The notes beneath the pieces are model-generated. The model was not told the DNA's origin. It was given only the letters and a program-made list of their open reading frames with translations, and did no database searches. Made by a program: the position numbers and the translations under genes. A DNA stretch of 64,000 nucleotides from Vulcanimicrobiota bacterium (GTDB taxonomy: Bacteria > Vulcanimicrobiota > Vulcanimicrobiia > Vulcanimicrobiales > Vulcanimicrobiaceae): the NCBI GenBank assembly GCA_963833095.1, contig CAWHWQ010000004.1, forward strand, positions 160,001 to 224,000, in the 5' to 3' direction. Below are positions 21,030 to 30,860 of the stretch, piece by piece; position 1 is the stretch's first letter, and each line of letters opens with the position of its first letter.

Positions 21030-21303
21030 GTTCCCTCCTTTGTCGTGACCGTTGCGCGCACAGTAACACGAATGGGGAATCACATGTAGGGGAGAATCTG
21101 CAGCCGGAGCCTCTCACACGGCGAAGCGAAGGATTTGAACGATAGACTGAACCGGGACCTGAGTTATGTCATCGCCGCGACCTAAATGCGAGCAGGAGCG
21201 CGCTGAGCAGGAGCGCGCTGAGCCGAACCGGCTGCTCCTGACGGAGCCGCCGTCTATCAGACTGATGATTGTAAGCAATCGGGATCGTGTCCGAAAACGG
21301 CGA

Positions 21304-21321
21304 GCTTACACGTATGTAAGC
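21304..21321. promoter_or_regulatory. Candidate operator palindrome
   Basis: GCTTACA-N4-TGTAAGC in a divergent intergenic region. Confidence 0.4.
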
Positions 21322-21369
21322 CATTACGATCATTGAAAAACAGCGATGAGCTTTTCAAGGGGGAATGTG

Positions 21370-21912
21370 ATGACGACGACACTGCAAGAAACGACCCGCT
21401 TCATCGAGGCGCTTGTTACTTCTGAACGCTCGCCGGAGATTCCGGCGACAGAGGACCTTTTCGGCCGCTTTCTCGGTTCCTGGGAGATCGGCGTTTTCGA
21501 CCATCAGAGGGACGGAACTGTTCGCGAGAGCATCGGGGAAGTGCATTTCAGCCGTGTTCTTGAAGGCCGCGCGATGCAGCTCGTGTGGGCGATTCCACGG
21601 CGTTCGGAGCGCAGTGCGAACATGCCGAAAACAGGAAACCGGTACGGCACGACGCTGTGCGTGTGGGACCCGCAGATCACTGCGTGGCACGTAACATGGC
21701 TCAATCCCGTTAGCGGCGTGCGAACCGAGTTGACGGCGCGTGCGAACGACGACTGCATAGTGCAGATCGGGCGACACGCGGACGGGACGCCGGTTCGGTG
21801 GAATTTTAGTGAGATCACGGAACGCTCGTTTCGGTGGACGGGAGAAGCGCTCGAGGCCGACGGAAAATCATGGCGCCTGGAGGTAGAGTTTCGCGCCACG
21901 CGCGTCGAGTGA
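21370..21912 (+). CDS. Hypothetical protein (DUF1579-like)
   Basis: FLGSW, VLEGRA, YGTT, RWNFSEIT..SFRW, DGKSW. Confidence 0.65.
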   Translation: MTTTLQETTRFIEALVTSERSPEIPATEDLFGRFLGSWEIGVFDHQRDGTVRESIGEVHFSRVLEGRAMQLVWAIPRRSERSANMPKTGNRYGTTLCVWDPQITAWHVTWLNPVSGVRTELTARANDDCIVQIGRHADGTPVRWNFSEITERSFRWTGEALEADGKSWRLEVEFRATRVE

Positions 21913-22008
21913 GCGCGACGCAACGACGTTTCAGCGCCGTGTCTGGAGCGCGCTTCGGCGCATCCGAAGCGGCCGAACACTATCCGCGGATCGGCAGCGC
22001 ATTCTGCC

Positions 22009-23451
22009 ATGATGCTTGATTCCACGGCGTGCTACCGCGCGCTTCGCGCGCGCGACCCACGCTTTGACGGGCGATTTTTCGTCGCGGTGAGCTCTACGCG
22101 TGTCTATTGCCGTCCTATCTGCACGGTCAAGACACCGAAGCGCGAGAATTGCAAATTCTACGCGAGCGCGGCGGCGGCTGAAGCGAACGGCTATCGTCCG
22201 TGTCTGCGATGCCGGCCGGAGCTTGCGCCGGGCAGCGCGAGCGTAGACGCCGGTTCGCGCCTGGCGTGGGCCGCGGCAAGCGCAATCGGCGACGGCATCC
22301 TCGAGAGCGGCAGCCTTGCAGACCTAGCCGCCGCGCTGCGGACGACCGATCGCCATTTGCGGCGCGCGTTCAGTGCGCGGTTCGGCGTTTCGCCGATCGC
22401 CTATGCTCAGACACAGCGGCTGCTGCTCGCGAAGCGCTTGTTGACCGACACGAGCTTGAGCGTGACACAGGTCGCGTACGCGAGCGGCTTCGGTAGTTTG
22501 CGGCGCTTCAACGCACTTTTCAAGGAACGGTATCGACTCAATCCCGTAGAGCTTCGGATGCGCGCGCAAACGGCTTCTCCCGAGTCACCGTTCGACGCAA
22601 TGACGTTCTCCCTCGCGTTTCGTCCGCCGTACGACTGGTCGCCGCTGCTCGCGTTCGTTGCCGCGCGCGCGATTGGCAGTGTGGAAGAGATCGACAACGG
22701 TGTTTACCGACGCGCCGTCCGCGTGGAGCGTGGCGGCACGGTCTGTTCAGGGTGGATAAGCGTGAGCCATGCCGCGGGCGTATCTGCATTGCGCGTCATT
22801 GTCTCGGACTCGCTCCTCAACGTGATCTCGTCCGTGCTGGCGCGCGTCGAGCACGCAATGGATCTCGCCGCCGATCCGCAAGAGATCGCCGCGGTACTCG
22901 GACCGATCGCGTCGCAGCATCCAGGATTGCGCGTACCAGGCGCGTTCGACGGCTTCGAAGTTGCCGTGCGCGCGGTCCTCGGCCAACAGATCTCGGTCAA
23001 GGGCGCGCGTACGATCGCCGGACGTTTTGCGGCCGAATTCGGCGCACCGATCGCTACGCCGTTCGCTGGCGTATCGCGGCTCTTTCCGCGCGCCGCGGAC
23101 ATCGCCGCTATTGACCCGGATCGGATCGCGTCGCTCGGAATCATCGGCTCGCGTGCGCAGACGATCGTCCGGCTCGCACGCGCCATTGCGGACGGCGAAC
23201 TCGATCTGCATCCTGGCTCCGATGTGCCGGCGACGCTTCATGCGCTGCGTGCGCTCCCTGGAATCGGCGAGTGGACCGCGCAGTACATCGTGATGCGCGC
23301 AGTCGGCTGGCCAGACGCCTTTCCCCACAGCGATCTGGGCTTGCGAAAGGCGCTGCGCGAAGACGATCCCAAGCAAGTGCTTCTCGCAGGCGAGGCCTGG
23401 CGGCCGTGGCGCGCCTATGCAGCAATGCACCTCTGGCAAACACTAGGATAG
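22009..23451 (+). CDS. alkA: Ada/AlkA fusion DNA-3-methyladenine glycosylase
   Basis: Ada Zn site (YCRPIC, RPCLRC), AraC HTH, GQQIS, LPGIGEWTAQY, WRPWRAYA. Confidence 0.9.
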   Translation: MMLDSTACYRALRARDPRFDGRFFVAVSSTRVYCRPICTVKTPKRENCKFYASAAAAEANGYRPCLRCRPELAPGSASVDAGSRLAWAAASAIGDGILESGSLADLAAALRTTDRHLRRAFSARFGVSPIAYAQTQRLLLAKRLLTDTSLSVTQVAYASGFGSLRRFNALFKERYRLNPVELRMRAQTASPESPFDAMTFSLAFRPPYDWSPLLAFVAARAIGSVEEIDNGVYRRAVRVERGGTVCSGWISVSHAAGVSALRVIVSDSLLNVISSVLARVEHAMDLAADPQEIAAVLGPIASQHPGLRVPGAFDGFEVAVRAVLGQQISVKGARTIAGRFAAEFGAPIATPFAGVSRLFPRAADIAAIDPDRIASLGIIGSRAQTIVRLARAIADGELDLHPGSDVPATLHALRALPGIGEWTAQYIVMRAVGWPDAFPHSDLGLRKALREDDPKQVLLAGEAWRPWRAYAAMHLWQTLG

Positions 23452-23456
23452 TCGAG

Positions 23457-24326
23457 TCACCGAACCGAGGTGAAGCTGTTGCTCTTGCGCCAGTGCGACG
23501 GCGAGCTCCCGTAACGTAGCGAAAATGCGCGGCTAAATGCCGGGTTGGAGCCGTAGCCTACGCGAGTGGCTATTTCTGCGATCGAAATCCCAGGATTACG
23601 AAGCAGTTCGGTTGCTCGGTCGAGGCGCCACGCGTTCAGGTAAGCCATCGGTGTTGCGCCGACGAGCGATTGAAACCGGTTCGCGAACGCCGTTCGAGAC
23701 ATCGGCGCCGTCTTAGCGAGTTTCGCAAGGGTCCAATCGACAGCAAAATTCTCGTGCATCGCGGCGAGGACTTTTCCAATCCGCTCGTCTACCGCTCCGG
23801 CAAGCCAGCCCGTTGTCGGCGGGCCTTCGCTCGCCCAAGTGCGGAGAGTTCGAACGAACAGAAGGTCGAGTAGGCGTGAAATCATCGACGCGGCACCCGC
23901 AAGGCCATTCATCGCTTCTTCCAGCATGAAGGCGCAGCAGACATCAACCCAAGGAAACGGCTTCCCGTCGGGCGGTCTGAGTGCGATCGCTTTCGGCAAC
24001 ACACTTAGAATGCGCGCGGCAACGATGGAGTCAAATTCAAATTCACCGCGCAGATACTCGGCATCCGACCCTGAGACGGCGTGGCTGCCGCCGCCAAGAG
24101 ACAAGAGTACATCACCCGCACGTAGGTGTTCGGCCATCTTCGATCCACTAACCGAAATCTGCAAGGCGCCCCGGCGCACGATGTAGATGCAAGGTCCGTC
24201 GCCTTCGAAGCGCGTCTTTTGTTTACCGGTCGAGCCGGATTGCACGCAAGTACCGCGCAAACGCAGCAGGTCGAGGACCTGCGAGAGCGCATCTTGATGG
24301 ATTGGAAAAATTGGCGCAGTAAACAC
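23457..24326 (-). CDS. AraC family regulator with cupin domain
   Basis: DALSQVL, MSRTAFANRF, VGYGSNPAFSRAF; GTG start chosen from GAGGAG RBS. Confidence 0.8.
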   Translation of the reverse strand: MFTAPIFPIHQDALSQVLDLLRLRGTCVQSGSTGKQKTRFEGDGPCIYIVRRGALQISVSGSKMAEHLRAGDVLLSLGGGSHAVSGSDAEYLRGEFEFDSIVAARILSVLPKAIALRPPDGKPFPWVDVCCAFMLEEAMNGLAGAASMISRLLDLLFVRTLRTWASEGPPTTGWLAGAVDERIGKVLAAMHENFAVDWTLAKLAKTAPMSRTAFANRFQSLVGATPMAYLNAWRLDRATELLRNPGISIAEIATRVGYGSNPAFSRAFSLRYGSSPSHWRKSNSFTSVR

Positions 24327-24438
24327 GGCCCGAGACTCCTCAGCGTGTACGACAAGTACAATATTGCGGTAAATTATTGATTCATGGTACTGACTTAGAT
24401 GATATGCTTGCCAAAACCATTTTTTTGGGAGAGCGCAT

Positions 24439-25215
24439 ATGTCGAAGTCGGTCCTGTTCGTGCACGGTGCTTGGGTAACGCCTGCGTGCTGGGAGCGATT
24501 CATATCGCTTTATACGGGGAGTGGCTATCGTTGCTTCGCACCGGCGTGGCCGTATCTCGATAGGCCCGTTGCCGAGCTTAAGGCGCATGTCGATCCAAGG
24601 CTGGCTGATCAGACGATCAGCATGCTGGTTGAGCACTATGCGAAAACAATTAGGGAATTACCGGAGCCTCCGATCCTCGTTGGTCATTCTTTTGGCGGCC
24701 TCATCGTGCAACTGCTACTCGACCGCGGTTTGGGGAGTTGCGGTGTCGCTATCGACTCGGGTCCCCCAAGCGGCGTTCTTCCGAGCTTTCCTGCATTAAA
24801 GGCAGCGCTTCCGGTCTTGCTGACTTGGAACGGGTGGAGCACGCTTCACACGATGTCGTTTGAAGCCTTCGCTAAGACTTTTGCAAACACGCTCCCAGCT
24901 TCGGAGATGCAGCAAACGTACGATGACCAGATCGTTCCGGCACCGGGCCGGATTTACTTTCAAGCCGCCATCGGCGTCGGAAACTCGTTGAATTTTTCGA
25001 ATCCGAGGCGGCCGCCGTTACTACTGATTACAGGCGAGAAGGACGTTACCTCGACGCCTTCGATGGTACGAGCCATGTACAAGAAACATCTGCGATCTCC
25101 GCAGCCGGTCGCCATCATGGAGTTTGCGGGGCGCAGTCATTGGATCATCGCGGAGCCCGGCTGGGAAGAAGTTGCAGAGAAGGCTATACGTTGGGTGGAG
25201 CAGCAGCTCACGTAA
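24439..25215 (+). CDS. Alpha/beta hydrolase
   Basis: FVHGAW, GHSFGG, GRSH. Confidence 0.85.
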   Translation: MSKSVLFVHGAWVTPACWERFISLYTGSGYRCFAPAWPYLDRPVAELKAHVDPRLADQTISMLVEHYAKTIRELPEPPILVGHSFGGLIVQLLLDRGLGSCGVAIDSGPPSGVLPSFPALKAALPVLLTWNGWSTLHTMSFEAFAKTFANTLPASEMQQTYDDQIVPAPGRIYFQAAIGVGNSLNFSNPRRPPLLLITGEKDVTSTPSMVRAMYKKHLRSPQPVAIMEFAGRSHWIIAEPGWEEVAEKAIRWVEQQLT

Positions 25216-25247
25216 ACGTTCACGAACAGCGACGCCGTGAAGCCGAA

Positions 25248-25394
25248 CTACGACTTTCCTAGGAGCGCAAGCGCGAGCGTGTGCCCGAGCGGATCGCCAC
25301 TGATCGTTCCGTGACCCGGAATCACGTGTCGTGGGCTTCCGTACTTTGACATGAGCGCCCGCATCGTTGCGGGCCACGCGGGGATGTCGGAATC
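25248..25394 (-). pseudogene. C-terminal remnant of a metallo-beta-lactamase-fold (B1-like) gene
   Basis: DSDIPAWPATMRALMSKYGSPRHVIPGHGTISGDPLGHTLALA; no N-terminal part upstream. Confidence 0.6.
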
Positions 25395-25487
25395 GGGTGA
25401 TCGGCGCGCATGAAACCTGTTTCCTACTGCTTCAAGATGGCGCCTCTATGGCGTCCATGCTCATCGTACTGCGGCTTGTCAGATTGA

Positions 25488-27095
25488 TTACGTCGGCGAG
25501 ATCGACACCGTGACGAGGGTGAGCATCCGGAGTAACCCGGGCGCATAGAGCCCGTTGATGTTGCTCGTCACCGACGTGTACGACGGCGGTGCCAAGATTT
25601 TGATGCTCTCGTCCGTGCTGTCTTGATCCGCGACGTAGAGGTTGTTCGCCGGATCGAGCGTGATGCCGGCTTGGGCGGCCCCGCCCCCGGTAATCGTCGC
25701 AATCGCGGCGCCCGTGTACGGCGGGGCGAACTCGAGTATTTCCGGAAGGCTGCTCACGTACTCGAGCACGAACAGATTCTTGTTGCTGTCGAAAGCGATG
25801 TCGCTTGGATACCCGCTGAGCGGGAAGTCCGTGTAGCCACCGGTGTACGGTGTCGCGTACTCGCGAACGTCTCCGTTGTAGGTGTTCGCGACCCAGAGAT
25901 TGCCGCTCGCATCAAAGACGATCCCGCCTGGGTTAGTAAGGCCTGAAATGACGGTCTGCGGCGTTCCGGTGTACGGCGGTGCGACGCTCGAGATCGTATC
26001 ACTGTACTCGTTGGCGATGTACAGCGTTCCGTTGGCCGCGACGGCGAGGCCGGTTGGAAAACCCGACCCGATGCTGGCGATGGTGGTGGTCGCCGTGGTG
26101 TAGGGCGGCGCGTACTCGGTGACGACCCCGCTGCTTCCCGACGCGAAGGTCGACACGAAGAGGTCGGCCTTGGAGTCGAGCGCGACGCCGTACGCCGCAG
26201 GCACGCTAACTGTGGTGCTCGGCGCGCCGGTGAACGGCGATCCGTAGATCGTCACGTCGTTCCCGACCTCGTTCGGAACGAAGAGGTTTTGCGACGCTTG
26301 CGTGGCCGTGTACGCGAACGTCGCCGTGCAGACCGCGCCCGACTCCGTGCACGCGTTGGTGACGTTCGTCCCGCTGTACGACGCGGTTACTTGGAGCGTC
26401 GTGGCGCCCGGTCCCGACGGCGTCGCGACGAACTCGTTCGGACTGGTCGTCGTCGGCTGGTCGAGCAAGACGGTCGTTCCCGCAGTTTGCGCAACCGTGA
26501 ATGTCGGCGCGCCCGGCCCGACGATGATGTTCCCATCCGCATCGAGCGCCTCGACAAGGACGGTGAACGCGTTTGGATTGGGAACGGCTGCGACAATCGA
26601 CGCCGGCACTCCGGAGAGCGAGAGCGAGATGCTGTTGGCCTGCCCTGCGGTGACGGTGAACGCTATCTGCTGCGCGGTCGAGAGCACGGTTCCGCTCGCG
26701 TCTGCCGTTGTCAGTGTTGCCGTGTAGCTTCCCGGCATCAGCGTGATTTGCAGCTGGCACAACGTCGTCGCCAGCGTGCTTGTGCATCCGCCCGAGGTCG
26801 GCGTGAGCGCGACCGTCGTTGGGAACCCGGAGACGTCGGTGCATGCGCCGGGACAGCCCGTCTGGATGTCGATCGTCATCTGCGTGGTCGCCGGGGAGAC
26901 GTACGCAGTGTGGCGCGCCGCGCTGCTGCTACCGGCCTTTGGGACGTCGATCTTGATCGTTACCGGCAGCCGCTGGTGCGCGCTCCCGGTCTGCGGGAGT
27001 GCCGCCCCCGTTTGCATTCCGCCGCCGGCACAACCGGCGAGTAGTGCGCAGGCGGCAAAAGCCGCGACCGTACCGACGCTGAAGAACTTCCGCAT
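25488..27095 (-). CDS. Lipoprotein with Ig-like regions and NHL-like beta-propeller
   Basis: LAGC lipobox; repeated D..GNL.V...APPYT blades. Confidence 0.75.
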   Translation of the reverse strand: MRKFFSVGTVAAFAACALLAGCAGGGMQTGAALPQTGSAHQRLPVTIKIDVPKAGSSSAARHTAYVSPATTQMTIDIQTGCPGACTDVSGFPTTVALTPTSGGCTSTLATTLCQLQITLMPGSYTATLTTADASGTVLSTAQQIAFTVTAGQANSISLSLSGVPASIVAAVPNPNAFTVLVEALDADGNIIVGPGAPTFTVAQTAGTTVLLDQPTTTSPNEFVATPSGPGATTLQVTASYSGTNVTNACTESGAVCTATFAYTATQASQNLFVPNEVGNDVTIYGSPFTGAPSTTVSVPAAYGVALDSKADLFVSTFASGSSGVVTEYAPPYTTATTTIASIGSGFPTGLAVAANGTLYIANEYSDTISSVAPPYTGTPQTVISGLTNPGGIVFDASGNLWVANTYNGDVREYATPYTGGYTDFPLSGYPSDIAFDSNKNLFVLEYVSSLPEILEFAPPYTGAAIATITGGGAAQAGITLDPANNLYVADQDSTDESIKILAPPSYTSVTSNINGLYAPGLLRMLTLVTVSISPT

Positions 27096-27107
27096 GATCT
27101 GCACTTC

Positions 27108-28213
27108 CTATTGAACGCCGAAGCTCGACGTGGTGTAGGTGACCGTGACGCTCTTTGCTTGTCCCGCGCCGTCGCTCAGCGTCAGCGTGCAGACTCCGGC
27201 CGTGGGCGAGCCGACGACCGATACGGTGAACGACGTGCCGCTCGACGGTGAAACGGACGCAATCGACGAACACGAGGCGCCCATCGTTGCGGTGACGCCT
27301 CGGTTGTACGGCGCGTTGGTCCAGCCGGTCTCCGACACCGAGAAGCTTCCGGTCGAGCCCGTTCCGCTCGCGGCATAGAGATCGATCTCAGGACTTCCGA
27401 GTACGAGCGGCCCGGAGTAGGATATCGGTTGCAGCGTCGGCGTAAAGGTCGCATTGCCGCTGGTTGCACCACTGGCGGATGCGGTAATCGTCGCCGGTAC
27501 GATTGCAAGTCCGGTGTAGCTCAAGGTCACGCTGTCGTTCGAGCTGAGCAACGTGCCGGTCGGCGGCGAATCGCTGCCGGAAGTCGCGAGCGTCGTCGCA
27601 CCGCTCGCGTCGCTGTCGGAAAGGTTCACCGCGTTTTCGTAGGTACCCATTATCGTGTTACCGTCGGCGTCTTTCACGCTGACTGCAACGCTTTGCGGGG
27701 GGAACGCGGTGCCCGCCGCACCGCTCGGCACGCCGGTGATCGAGAACGATGCCGGAACGCCGTCGAGCGTGATCGTGTTGGTGTTAGCTTGCCCTGCTGC
27801 GATCGAATACAGGCCGCTCGCGGTCGACACTACGTTGCCGGCCCCGCTCGTACCGTCGTATGCCGTAATCGTGAAACTATCGAGTCCGGCGGCACCGATG
27901 GTCCCGGCACGTTACACGGGCACGACGAGAGCGCAATATTTGTCGTGACGGTGGTCGTCAATCCGCCCGGCGGTGATCCGCCGTTGACGGTGTTGAGCGC
28001 GATTTTCACTGATTCGATGTTTGCGGTGACATAGGCGGGCCGTTTGCCGCTCTGTGCCGACTTTGGCGGCCCGAAAACCCAACTCGTCTTGACGACATTG
28101 GGCGCAGCCGGCGGAAGGCTGGTCGTTATGGTGCCGGCTGATTCGCCGCCGCTGCCGGAACAGGCGGAGATGACGAGCGCGCTCAGGATGCTCAAGACGC
28201 GAAGATGTTTCAT
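27108..28213 (-). CDS. Thr/Ser-rich lipoprotein (two track ORFs joined; frameshift near 27886)
   Basis: ISAC lipobox; adding one G restores PPGLDSFTITAYDG into the 27108-27830 frame. Confidence 0.7.
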
Positions 28214-28222
28214 GACACTCCC

Positions 28223-29023
28223 TTAGTGAGCGGATTGAACGACGAAGCCGCTCGTCGTGACCGTGATCGAAATGGTGGTGTGTTGCGAACTTGCGTCGGA
28301 GAAGGTCGCGCTGCATGTTCCGGCGTTCACTCCGACGGCAGTGAAGGTCGCCGTTGGTCCGGTCGCGCTCGCAGGCGTGATCGTCGCAATCGACGAGCAC
28401 GTGTTGGTCTGCGAGAACGAACCGCTATAGCCGGTCTCTTGCACGAAAGTTGCTGCCGCGTTGGCGTTGCCCGTGCCGTAGATCTGGACCGAGGTCGGGT
28501 TCACGCTGAGCACACCCGGTGGCGGTGGTGTTGGGGTCGGTGATGCTGTCGGCGTCGGTGATGCTGTCGGCGTCGGCGACGAAGCCGGTGAACCGCTCGA
28601 TGCCGTGACCGTCACGGGGATGCTGGTCGCGTTCCCGCTGTTGTCGGAGATCGAAATCGTTGCGCTTCCCACTCCGTCGGCGGTCACAACGAACGTCGCA
28701 CTGCCGGTCGCGTCACGGTGACGTGAATCACTTTCCGCGCTCGCCGCGACGCTCGCGGGCGAGACCGTTACCACGTTCCTATTCGAAGTCGTCGCACTGA
28801 AGATGCCGGTGTAGCCGGTCTCACTGACCGTGAACGAGGCGGTCGAGCCCGAGCCGCTTGTCGTCAGCGACAGCAACGAACCGCCGCCCGGCAACGTCAC
28901 CGTCAGGGCGGTCGGCGACGCCGTCGGCGGGCTAGAGACGCCTTGAGGTGTGCACGCGGCGAAAATCGCCGCACAGCTAAATGTGGCGAATAACGTGAAC
29001 GTGGCCAAGCGAGTAACGCGCAT
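28223..29023 (-). CDS. Thr/Ser-rich lipoprotein with PT linker
   Basis: FAAC lipobox; two ETGY-containing beta domains separated by SPTPTA repeats. Confidence 0.7.
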   Translation of the reverse strand: MRVTRLATFTLFATFSCAAIFAACTPQGVSSPPTASPTALTVTLPGGGSLLSLTTSGSGSTASFTVSETGYTGIFSATTSNRNVVTVSPASVAASAESDSRHRDATGSATFVVTADGVGSATISISDNSGNATSIPVTVTASSGSPASSPTPTASPTPTASPTPTPPPPGVLSVNPTSVQIYGTGNANAAATFVQETGYSGSFSQTNTCSSIATITPASATGPTATFTAVGVNAGTCSATFSDASSQHTTISITVTTSGFVVQSAH

Positions 29024-29086
29024 GAGCCCTCCCGTCGCTAGACGATAGGGGGCCATTCTCAATGGATCATCAAATAGCGGGCGACG

Positions 29087-30673
29087 ATGGCCTACGTTTC
29101 AAGGCTACCGATCGTCGGCGTGTTGATTCTCTTCGCGCTCGGCGCGTGCTCTCGGGCGGTGATTCCTTCGGATCACATCGTGATCGTTCAGGAGCGCGAG
29201 CCGCTTTCGCTCAATCCTGCGCTTGAACGGGGAGCCGTGCAAACGCAGTGGGGGATGCTCCTCTTCAACTACCTGGTCAAGTTCGACGATCGCGGACGCT
29301 TGATCGGAGACATCGCTACGGCCGTGCCGACTCGCGCAAACGGCGGCATCAGTCGCGACGGCAAGACAATCATCTATCACCTCCGCCCCGGCGTACGCTT
29401 TGCCGACGGCACACCGTTGACCGCGCATGATTGCGTCTACTCGATCGAAGCGATTCAGAATCCGGCCAATGACGTGCCGACCCGCTACGGTTACGATCGC
29501 ATCTTACGCGCAACCGCGCCAAACGACACCACCCTTGTGCTGCAGCTGCGCGAGCCGTTTGCGCCGCTCTTTACCGTCGTGCTCGCTCCGCAAGGTTTCC
29601 CGATTCTGCCGGCGCATCTGCTTGCGTCGCACCCGAATTTCAACCATTTGGCCTTCAACGAACGGCCGCTCGGCGGCGGGCCATACGTGGTACGACGGTG
29701 GTATCGTGGCGACCGGGTCGAGCTCGATGCAAATCCACTGTATTTCGGCGGCAGGCCGCGGATTGCGCACCTTACCATTCGCTTCATCCCTGACCCGAAT
29801 TCAGCGATCACGCAGATGCGCACGCACGAGGCGGACGTCTTTTTCAACGATTTCGATCTCGGAACGGTCTCGCAGCTCGAAAGCATTCCACATACGACCG
29901 TGTTGTTGACGCCGGTCAATGCCGTAGGCGCGTTGATCTTCAACACGCGCGACACCACGCTGCGCGATGCGGCCGTGCGCCGCGCACTCATCCAGGCGAT
30001 CGACATCCCCTCACTCGTTACCAAGACGTATCATGGCGCGGTTCGCTCATCCGGCGCAGGCGGCGGCCTCTTCCAATGGGCCTACGATCCCCGGTTTCCT
30101 TTAAATGCGCCCTATGCACCGGCTGCCGCACGGGCGGTGTTGGCGCCTCGGCGGCTGCACGTGCAGCTCGCGATCACGACGACCTTACCAGGTGACAACG
30201 TGCTCGGCAGCGTCATCGCGCAAGACGAGCGCGCGGCCGGTGTCGATCTGCAACTGCACGCCTATCCCATCAACTACCTCATTGCGCCGGCGAGCTTGGG
30301 CGGTCCAGTCTACGGCGGAAAATTTCAAATCGTCTATTGGCAGTTCTCTAATGGAGACGATCCGGACGTTGCCGGCCCGTTCGGCTGCGCGTACGTAGCT
30401 CCGCGCGGCTACAACATCTCGCGGTTTTGCGATCCCCAGCTCGATCGTCTCTTGCTGCTCGCACGCTCGACCTACGACCGCGCGCAACGTAAGCTCGCGT
30501 ACGTCGCCGTGCAAAAGGTATTAACGGAACAACTGCCTATGGCGTTGCTCTATCGCCGCCGCATGGTCGATGCCTACGGCCCGCGCGTCGGCGGCATCAC
30601 CGGATCGGTGTCGAGCATCTTTTGGAACGTTGCGTCGTGGTATGTAAAGACGCCATCATCCCGCTCCCATTGA
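29087..30673 (+). CDS. ABC transporter substrate-binding protein, family 5 (peptide/nickel)
   Basis: LGAC lipobox; NGGISRDG, LRPGVRFADG, GGPY, VRRAL; no permease adjacent. Confidence 0.88.
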   Translation: MAYVSRLPIVGVLILFALGACSRAVIPSDHIVIVQEREPLSLNPALERGAVQTQWGMLLFNYLVKFDDRGRLIGDIATAVPTRANGGISRDGKTIIYHLRPGVRFADGTPLTAHDCVYSIEAIQNPANDVPTRYGYDRILRATAPNDTTLVLQLREPFAPLFTVVLAPQGFPILPAHLLASHPNFNHLAFNERPLGGGPYVVRRWYRGDRVELDANPLYFGGRPRIAHLTIRFIPDPNSAITQMRTHEADVFFNDFDLGTVSQLESIPHTTVLLTPVNAVGALIFNTRDTTLRDAAVRRALIQAIDIPSLVTKTYHGAVRSSGAGGGLFQWAYDPRFPLNAPYAPAAARAVLAPRRLHVQLAITTTLPGDNVLGSVIAQDERAAGVDLQLHAYPINYLIAPASLGGPVYGGKFQIVYWQFSNGDDPDVAGPFGCAYVAPRGYNISRFCDPQLDRLLLLARSTYDRAQRKLAYVAVQKVLTEQLPMALLYRRRMVDAYGPRVGGITGSVSSIFWNVASWYVKTPSSRSH

Positions 30674-30707
30674 GGATCGGTTGATTCTTGCGGCCTAGAC
30701 TGGCCGC

Positions 30708-30860
30708 ATGGAGATACCGCGGGACGTCGTACTCGTGCGCTTCTTCCGGGGCCCGAACAACAAGCTGAGCGCCCGCATAACCGACGTGATGAGCAAATCG
30801 ACCTGGCTCATTGCCGATGCGCGCGCGCTCTGGCGTTCGCTTCGGCAACGGCGGGGGTAG
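30708..30860 (+). CDS. Small 50-aa protein not in the ORF track
   Basis: MEIPRDVVLVRFFRGPNNKLSARITDVMSKSTWLIADARALWRSLRQRRG; TAGACT 6 nt upstream; GC-rich third positions. Confidence 0.55.
   Translation: MEIPRDVVLVRFFRGPNNKLSARITDVMSKSTWLIADARALWRSLRQRRG

Noticed and set aside
21190..21224. 15-nt tandem duplication GAGCAGGAGCGCGCT
   Set aside because: Only two copies and no supporting context.
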